Below are positions 1 to 64,000 of a DNA stretch of 64,000 bases, in pieces. A program made the position numbers and the translations under genes. The notes beneath the pieces are model-generated. The model worked only from the letters and a program-made list of their open reading frames with translations. It searched no databases and had not been told where the DNA came from. This DNA comes from the human T2T-CHM13v2.0 reference genome, Homo sapiens. How positions within the stretch are numbered: position 1 is the stretch's first letter; the number at the start of each line of letters is the position of its first letter. The stretch lies in assembly GCF_009914755.1 (NCBI RefSeq), contig NC_060934.1; one strand, 5' to 3'.

Positions 1-678
1 TGAGAATGTGGAGTAATTGGAACCCTCAGGCCTCGCTGGTAGGTATGTAAAATGGTGCAGCCACTGTGGAAAACAGTATGGCGGTCCCTGACAAAGTTAA
101 TCGTAGAACTACCCTAGGACCCAGCAATTCCACATCTAAGTACATATCTGAAAGAACTGAAAGCAGAGACTTGAACAGAAATCTGTACACCAATGTTCAT
201 AGCAGTATTATTCACAATAGCCAAAAGGTGTAAATGACCCATGTCCATCAAGAGATGAATGCATAAACAACATGTGATTAGATAGAGACAATGGAATACT
301 ATTTAGCTGTAAAAAGGAAGGAAAGTTTGATACATGCTACCTAGAAGACCTTGGAAACATGATGCACAGTGAAATAAAGGCAGTCCCAGAAGGACAAATA
401 TTGTAGGATTCCGCTTCCATGAGATACTTAGAATTGCCAAATGCACAGAGACAGAAAGTAGGCTAGAGATTAGCAGGGCTGAGGGAGAATAAGAAGGAGG
501 CGTTTCTGTTCAACGAGTACAGTCCATGCTGGGGATGACGAAAAAGTTTGGGGATTAGAGAGTGGTGATGGGTACACAGCATTGTGAATGTAATTAGTAT
601 CACTGAAAGGTACACTTACAAATGGTCAAAACGATAAATGTGATGTTCTGTATATGTTACCACAATTTTCAAATAAAA
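1..678 (+). mobile_element. Old L1 (L1M-type) 3' fragment
   Basis: gtaaaatggtgcagccactgtggaaaacagtatgg, gacccagcaattccac and atgttcatagcag motifs typical of L1 3' ends. Confidence 0.85.
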
Positions 679-1981
679 GGACTGAGTGGCTTGGCACAAC
701 TGCTCATCTTAGTGTCTTCTAGGATAAAGTTGGTTAGACAGAAAGTCAAGGAGGGGCAGAGAGAGAAGGAGCCCGTGTCTCTGAATCCTACTGATTTACA
801 GTGTAATCTTCTTGGGGGTGGGGAGTGTATACGTCTAGTCTATTTTGTCCTATCTTTAATCCAGTGATGATTTCAACTCAGGCTGAAATGACATCGCTTA
901 TCTTTGTAGCAGGAGCCAGAGAAGAACAACATGAGGGAGGATTTGGCCTGGGCACTGGCAGCCACTGCCCTCTGCCACCTCCACTACTCGCTCTGGCCTT
1001 GAGCTCTTTGCCCAGCAAGGGGACTGGCCCTGCTGAACTGTGCACACTTGTCCCTGTCCACCTTCCAGTCCAGAGGTTGCAGCCTCAACCATGGCCATGG
1101 TACAGAGGTCTCTCCTCCCCAGCTGCCCTTGGGAGTAACGCACCTCCCTGGTGGTTGGCAACATGTGGCCTACCACCAGGCATAGGGTAGAACATGCAAG
1201 GAAGAAGAGATGGTGTGATTAGAGTCCCAACCTTTTATCCAGCAAGCAGAAGATTTCTCTGCTCTTAGTTCATTCTGAGCTGAGCCTCTGTCCCCAAAAG
1301 ACAAATCTGGCCCTATCTCCCCCATCACTGCCTCCTAATCCCTCTGAGAACATTTTCTACCAACGAATTTCTGGAACACATCAACTCAGACTGTTAGGCT
1401 TTTTGTTTTGTCTTCCAGAAGTTTTGGAATTCTGGAAGGCAGAGGAAGAATCTTAGTTGAAATAATCACTGGATTAAATATAGGACAAAATAGACTTGAT
1501 GTATGTGCACCCCACCCACAAGGAGATTACACTGTAAATCAGTAAGACTCAGAGACACGGGATCCTTTTCTCCCTGCCTTCCTCACTAACCAACCTTAAC
1601 CTGGGAGGACACCAGACTTTGAGACTCTGGTGGCTTAGGGAGTTTAACATTGCTAAGGGCCTGCTCCTAACCTTGAAGTCAGTGTTCTGAGCCAGGGATC
1701 CATTGAGAAAGCCCAAGTGCGGAGTAGAATAAACAGTCGTTGGATCTAGAATGGTCTTGCTAAATATACTACAAAGCAGCTACCTTACCATGTGCAGAAG
1801 CAGCAGCGTCCACCCTTTAAGAGAAGACGGGTCAGCTGGGACCATGTGCTATTTTAGCCCTGTTGAAACTAGGAATGGATGTGGTGGGAGAAGTGGGCAG
1901 TGGCTTACGTGCCTTTTGATCTGAGTGAAGATGTTTGTTAAGATGTGTTTACCGCAGTAGGCTGGCCAAGGCTCAATCTGA

Positions 1982-2407
<426 letters not shown>

Positions 2408-3254
2408 TGATTTTGAACCTAGCTCAACACCTGCCTCTCAAGGTTAATGAGCTTTTCTGTTTCTTTCTCCTCCATCCTTGCTTTATTACTGTGTACACGT
2501 GGCAGCTTCCTGGTCCCTCACAATGGTGACTAAGAGCAAGGACTCTGATGTGAGACTGACAGTCTCCTGTTCTGGCTCCAGCATTTCCTAGTTAAGTTAT
2601 TTTAGACAACTTAATATCTGAAAACCTCAGTTTTGTCACCTCTAAATTGGATATAATCATAATACCTAAATTATGAAGTATTGTGTGCAACAAACAAGAC
2701 AAAATGCCCGTAAAATATTTAACACAGTTGATGGCACATTGTCAGCTCTAAAGGAATGTGAACTGAGATAACAGTTTTCTCCTTAGTTATCTCTTCCTCC
2801 TACTCTTCCATCGATCTTTCTCTTTGAATGTGCAAGTCTCAGGAGTAAGGGTTCTTCTATCATTTTCTTGTCTCTGGGAGAAGAGATAATGGAATGATGG
2901 AATGAAAGGAGGCAAATACTGTGTCCACCCTTCCCACCTACCATCATCCAGGTTAGTTTCAGGGATCCGGATATAGGCATAAGTAATTGACTATCAGCCT
3001 GGACTTTCCCATACGGTCCCTAAATATCCAGCCAGGTGTTCGGACTACCAGTTTCCACATTGCACCACGGCCCCTCTCTGTGGGTGGACACTGTGAGTCA
3101 CAAAATGAGTGACTTGCTTCAGATTCCGGCGACCCCCTGACAGGCAGCCCAAGCTGCACATCGGCTTCAGGCTCCCCGAGAGCCCAGCCCAGGAAGTCTC
3201 GGCTTTCTTTTTGTTTGGTTTCCCTCCGAGCGCCAGCTCCTAGGAAGGGCACGT

Positions 3255-3268
3255 CTGCCACCTGCTGG
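3255..3268 (-). promoter_or_regulatory. Candidate CTCF site
   Basis: CCAGCAGGTGGCAG matches CCASYAGRKGGCRS at 14/14; lies in a CpG-enriched patch. Confidence 0.5.
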
Positions 3269-3613
3269 CTGTAGGCAGCATGGCACCCGGCTGTCCCTCA
3301 GGCTCCAGCTGGAGCCAGGATGCGCAATGCTGGCCCAGGTGCAGGTCCTGGAGGGCCCTTCCTTGCTGGACCCCGAGGAAGGATGTCCCTCAAAGTCTTC
3401 TGCCCACTTCTTAGGACATGGCCCACCCTGTTCGGCTCAAAGAGAAGAATTCGTAGGGAATCTCCAAAGGACTGGGTGGAGACAGGTCTAGACAGACAGG
3501 CCTTGCCCTGAGAAAGGCAAGGCAGGGAGCAAAGACCAGGACCAAGGCCCAGATGACTGGGGGTGATGAGGGCGAGATTGAAGAAGGGGTAACCTTTGTC
3601 CTTGAAGTCTTAG

Positions 3614-3968
3614 TGTATTAGTCCATTCTCATGCTGCTAATAAAGACATACCCAAGACTGGGTAATTTATAAAGAAAAAGAGGTTTAATAGACTCACAGT
3701 TCCACATGGCTGGGGAGGCCTCACAATCATGGCAGAAGGTGAAAGACACGTCTTACATGGTGGCAGGCAAAACAGTGTATGCAGGGGAACTGCGCATTAT
3801 AAAACCATCAGATCTCCTGAGACTTAATCACTATCATGAGAACAGCACAGGAAAAACACACCCCCATGATTCAATTACCTCCCACATGGTCCCTCCTATG
3901 ACACATGGGAATTATGGGAGCTACAATTCAAGATGAGATTTGGGTAGGGACACAGCCAAACCATATTA
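3614..3968 (-). mobile_element. THE1-family MaLR solo LTR
   Basis: tgtattagtccattctcatgctgctaataaagacatacc...ggacacagccaaaccatat. Confidence 0.9.
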
Positions 3969-4469
3969 GGGTCCCCTCATGGCACCTCTCTGGCACTCAA
4001 CCCCAGAGGTACCCATTTCTGGCAATCCTTCACCCTAAGCCCAGGAGCACCCCTAAGGCCTAAGCTGCCCTTCCTCTGCCAGGCCTCCCCACTGCCAACC
4101 CCCACCCTCAGCCCCAAACAGAACACCTGTCCCATCTCACTGCCTGCAGAAACAGGGTGTGGGGGAGGTGGTTAGCCAGGAAGTCATTAGACAGAGGCAC
4201 AGTCCCCGATAACAAATGACCTCTCTTCCTTTTTTTGCATTCCTTTCCCCTCACCAACATGTTATTTTGTAATTTTTTAAACCTACAGAAAAGTGGGAAG
4301 AATAATGCAATGAATATTCTTCATCCAGATAGATGCCACAATTGTTAACATGTCGTTATAGTTGCTGTGTCTCTCATTCTCCTGTGTGTATAGTTGTTTT
4401 GTTTGTTTGTTTGCTGAATCATTTGCAAGTAAATTGTAGACATCACTCTACCTCACCACGCATCTCTCT

Positions 4470-4762
4470 CTTTTGTTTTTTTCTTAGATGGAGTCTCGCT
4501 CTGTAGCCCAGGCTGGAGTGCAGTGGCACAATCTTGGCTCGCTGCAAGCTCTGCCTCCTGGGCTCACCCCATTCTCCTGCCTCAGCCTCCCGAGTAGCTA
4601 GGACTACAGGCCCCCGCTGCCACATCCAGCTAATTTTTTGTACTTTTAGTGGAGACGGGGTTTCACTGTTAGCCAGGATGGTCTTGATCTCCTGACCTTG
4701 TGATCCACCCACCTCGGCCTCCCAAAGTGCTGGGATTACAGGCGTGAGCCACCACGCCCAGC
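4470..4762 (-). mobile_element. Alu (AluY-like)
   Basis: Reverse Alu with ctgcaagctc and ttagccaggatggtc diagnostics. Confidence 0.93.
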
Positions 4763-4890
4763 CAGCGTCTCTTAAGAATAAGTACATTTTCCTACAGAAC
4801 TACAATACCATTGTTTACTCTCAAGAAAGTCAACATTGACACAATAATATTGTCTAATATGTCTATATTCAAATTTCCCACTTGTTTCAG

Positions 4891-5318
4891 TATCTTAGTC
4901 CATTTTGTGTTGCTACAAAGGAATACCTGAGGCTGGGTGATGTATTTTTTTTAAAAAAGAGGTTTATTTGGCTTGGATTTCTGAGGACTGGAAAGTCCAG
5001 GATTGGGCAGCTGCTTTTGGCAAGGGCCTCAAGCTGCCTCCACTCATGGCAAAAGGGAAAGGGGAGCCAATGTACAGAGATCACATGGCAAGAGGGGAAG
5101 CAAGAGGGAGGGATGGAAGTGCCAGGCTCTTTTTAACAACCAGCTCTCCTAGGAACTAATAGAGTGAAACCTTGCTTACCCTGAGGGTGAGTACTAATCC
5201 ATTTGTAATGGATCCACCCCTATGCCCCAACATTGAGGCCCCACCTCCAACATTGGGGATCAAATTTCAGCACGAGGTTTGGAGAGGACAAATATCCAAG
5301 TCAGCCCAAACCACAGCA
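4891..5318 (-). mobile_element. MST-family MaLR LTR
   Basis: tcttagtccattttgtgttgctacaaaggaatacctgaggctggg...aaaccacagca. Confidence 0.85.
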
Positions 5319-5829
5319 CTCAATGTCCTTTTTGCCATTGTTTTTAAATCCAGGATCCAATTAAGAGTCACACACTGCATTTCGTTGCCATGTCCTTTAC
5401 TAAAAATACAGTCCTCCCATCTTTTTTTGTCTTTTATGGTGTTGATGTTTTTCTGGAGGCTAGGCTAGGTGTTTTGTAGAATGCCCTGCAATTTGAATCT
5501 CACAATTTGGATCTGTCATGTTCCTCATGAGTAAATTCAGGGTAACTATTTTTGCCAAGAGTACTATCTGTTGATATTTTACATCCTCAGTACATCATAT
5601 CAGGATGCATTATTTCTTTTTATTTTTCTTTCCTAATTTATCATCTACGTAATTCCCAAAATCATGTAAGGAAGCCTACAGTAAAACAGAAAATTAGAAA
5701 TTCTGCAGAGGGTAGAAGCAGCAAATATACCAAACTGCCTAGCTTGATGTATCTCATTGATCTCAGCTTTCTGGCGGCCAAGACCCAAAGGGAAAGCTGT
5801 CTAGTGGTAGAACTCGCATTTCTTTAAAT

Positions 5830-5998
5830 CAGGGTTCAGCAAACTTTGTAAAATGTCAGATAGTAAATATTTGGGGTTATACTTTCTCTCTACAAAAGCA
5901 GCCATAAACAAACAGGCATGGTTGTTTTCCAATAAAACTTTATTTACAAAAACAAAACTGCTAAGCTTGGCCCAAGGGCCCTTATTTGCTGACCCCTG
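5830..5998. mobile_element. MER58-like hAT MITE
   Basis: Terminal inverted repeats CAGGGTTCAGCAAA / TTTGCTGACCCCTG and internal ccaataaaactttattt. Confidence 0.8.
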
Positions 5999-6089
5999 AT
6001 TAAAGTGGAAGACAGCATACTCCAGTTATTAAATGAGTAATACTTTCTTTTTCAGGTTGAGTACTGCATATTAAAGGAAATATTTATGT

Positions 6090-6590
6090 CATTATTTATT
6101 TATTCAGCAAATCTTTTTGAGGAATGCCATGTGCCAAGCTCTATGCTAGGTATTGGGTAATACATCAATGACAAAACAGACAAAATCCCTGCCTTTCTGG
6201 AGGACAGAGTCTGATGTGAGAGACAGGTGACATGCAAATAAACAAATGTAAATCTATGCACTGCAGTAAGGATTATGGAGGGAATAAGCGGGTGCAGTGA
6301 CAAAACAGTGGGGATAGGGAAATGTCATATTGATGGGATATTTCAGGGAAGATGACACTTAAACTGAGACCTAGCGAAGGTCATAGAGGGGGGCTTCCAG
6401 GCAGAGGCAACAATAATTGCCAAGGCCCTGAGGTGGGAGGAATTTATCTTGCGCCATTTTGAAGCCAGGTGTGGCTGAAGCTTAGTAAAGGGGCAATGGG
6501 AGGGAGGAGTATGGGAGGAGATTTGTAGGTCATGGCAGGTGTTTGCATTTTATTCTAAGAACAACGAGAAGCCACTGAAGGGTTTTAAGC
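6090..6590 (-). mobile_element. L2 fragment
   Basis: ttattcagcaaat...atgtgccaagc...ctgaagggttttaagca; bounds approximate. Confidence 0.7.
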
Positions 6591-7108
6591 ATCTGTCCAT
6601 CCCCAATCCCCAGGAACTGTCACCTGAAGAAATCACCTAGATTTCAACATGAATTCCGAATCCTATCACAGCTATGTGACCTCCGAGTCCAAATTTTCTC
6701 ATCTGTAAACAAGGCTGATGCAAGCCTCTTCATAGGGCTGTTATAAGTATGAAATGCAGCAATGTGTGATCAGGCAGGGAGTAGATGAAACTCACTGCAA
6801 CTGACAAGCAGACCAGTACCTGGGCAGCCGTGTTCCAAAGCAAGGACAGGTGCAGACAACTGACACGAACCCCTGCTGTGGAGAAGGACAATGCTTCAGT
6901 ACTCAGCGCGCACAGGTGGTGGTGGTGGAGGGGGTGTATCTTCAAATAGACCCCATTGCCCCTCCCTTCAACCTCTAGCCCAGCCACAACCATCAGAAAG
7001 CACGCAGTGCACCTGCACCCCATACGATCTCCTCTGGCTGACAGCTAAGGAGCACGCCCGGCAGAGCTCCATCTCAACGCTGATCTGCTGTGTTGTTTTG
7101 TTTTTCAG

Positions 7109-27992
<20,884 letters not shown>

Positions 27993-28359
27993 GGTACTGT
28001 CTTCTGGACCTCAGAGCCCACTCTCCTTGGCACCCTGACACCGGGAGGCCTCATGGCCAACAATGGACACCTCCAGAGCCTCCAGGGGACCACACAGTAG
28101 ACTATCCCTACTCTAAGCAGAGACAACTGCCACCCAGCCTGGGCCTTCCCAGACCAGCATTTGCACAATATCACCAGGCTTCTTCTGCCTCCCTTGGTAA
28201 CCCAAGGAATGATGGAATCAACACAACATAGTATGTTTGCTTTCCTTACCCAATTGTACCTTCTAGAAAATCAGTGTTCACAGAGACTGCCTCCACCACA
28301 GGCATCCTGCAAATGCAGACTCCAGAATCCCCAGCATCAGCGGGAACCACCATCACATC

Positions 28360-28365
28360 TTTATT
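28360..28365 (-). terminator. NRAP: NRAP poly(A) signal AATAAA (distal)
   Basis: tttatt on + strand, about 230 nt past the NRAP stop. Confidence 0.7.
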
Positions 28366-28470
28366 CCTCAGCCCAGACACTCGAGGCACTCAACAGAATC
28401 AGCCATCCACGTCTAGGTATCAGAGAGGACCACAAATACAACATTCTCCATCTGCTTTCAGAGTTATTAT

Positions 28471-28479
28471 TTTAATAAA
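28471..28479. terminator. Overlapping poly(A) signals: AATAAA (+, HABP2 proximal) and ATTAAA (-, NRAP proximal)
   Basis: TTTAATAAA with GU-rich downstream elements on both strands. Confidence 0.65.
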
Positions 28480-28597
28480 GGAAGATCTGGGATGGGCTGG
28501 TGGGCCATTCCAGCTTGCCGAAATCAAAGCCATCTGAAGCCTGTCTCTGGTGAACAAACTTCCTCTCTGGCCTCTCAGGAATCAGGGTGGACATGGC

Positions 28598-63273
<34,676 letters not shown>

Positions 63274-64000
63274 CTAAGGGGATTTAGGAGAGAAGGTGAG
63301 TGGGTTTTCATGTGAGAGGGTTCTCACGTGAGAGCATTTCTCTAGATTCTAATGACGATTCTAGGAAAGCAATACTGATTATTACGTCCTTCTCTGAGAG
63401 CCACAGAAATCATGTAGTCTGAATACAGCCAGGCCTTCTTCCTGCCTTAAGGCCTTTTAACACATAGGGCTTCAATCAAAAAAAGCAGAAATTAAACTCC
63501 AGAAGCCTTAACAAATACTAGGAGTTTTCGTGGAAGTCTCAAAAACATGCCAAAGGCAGGATAACATCGCACAACACAGCGACATTTCTGAAAAGTCTAT
63601 TCTCCATCTCTGTCCACGCACCCCACCCTGCCAGCAGCGGCTCCAGCTGCACCTCTTTCTCTTTCCTCCCGCCTTCCCCCAGCCTCTCTAGTCCACCTGG
63701 GTCTTTTCCTTGCGCCTCCTGTTCTCTCTCCTGCTCCTATCTCCAAATGTCAAGATCTTTCTTCTGGAAGCCTCCTTTCCCTTTCTGCATGTGAATCAAT
63801 TTAACCTCTGTTTCTCCTCCCAATTCTCCTCCCCATCTATTTCTCAGATGAGGAACCCAAAGACCTGGGAGCTAAGCAGGGAGAGCCAAGAAAACACTTT
63901 CCCCAGAAGATACAGAGAAGGGGAAGTTGGAACTATGGATGCTTTCATGACTAACAGCTACCACTGTGCACTTGCCTCTGAGTGCTTGATGTATAGAGAC

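Larger units (their letters stand above)
4260..5610 (-). mobile_element. Old L1 (L1MC-like) fragment interrupted by an Alu and an MST LTR
   Basis: L1MC-like text resumes on both sides of each insertion; bounds approximate. Confidence 0.6.

Noticed and set aside
63640-63850. Long pyrimidine-rich stretch as a + strand acceptor or H-DNA element
   Set aside because: No mirror symmetry or associated exon; looks like low-complexity or decayed repeat sequence.

Overview
Human (primate) genomic DNA, recognisable as the HABP2/NRAP locus (chr10q25.3 from prior knowledge). The + strand carries HABP2 (factor VII-activating protease, FSAP) exons 2-13 at 7109-27992 plus 3'UTR; the signal-peptide exon 1 lies upstream of the window. 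The - strand carries the last 20 exons of NRAP (nebulin-related anchoring protein; 63273 down to the stop at 28598). The genes converge and overlap at their 3' ends. All 32 exons were located by reading splice sites and checking frame; exon and residue numbering assumes the known 13-exon/560-aa HABP2 and 42-exon/1730-aa NRAP models. Introns hold Alu, L1, L2, MIR, MaLR LTR and hAT MER relics; subfamily names are by eye. I found no prokaryotic, CRISPR or RNA-gene content and no clearly new biological system. Best leads: a 9-nt bidirectional poly(A) signal shared by both genes; same-orientation Alus that bracket exactly one 729-nt NRAP super-repeat; inverted Alus around all-phase-0 exons (possible stop-free circRNA); a GC-AG intron beside the catalytic Asp of HABP2; and a Cys884 NRAP allele.
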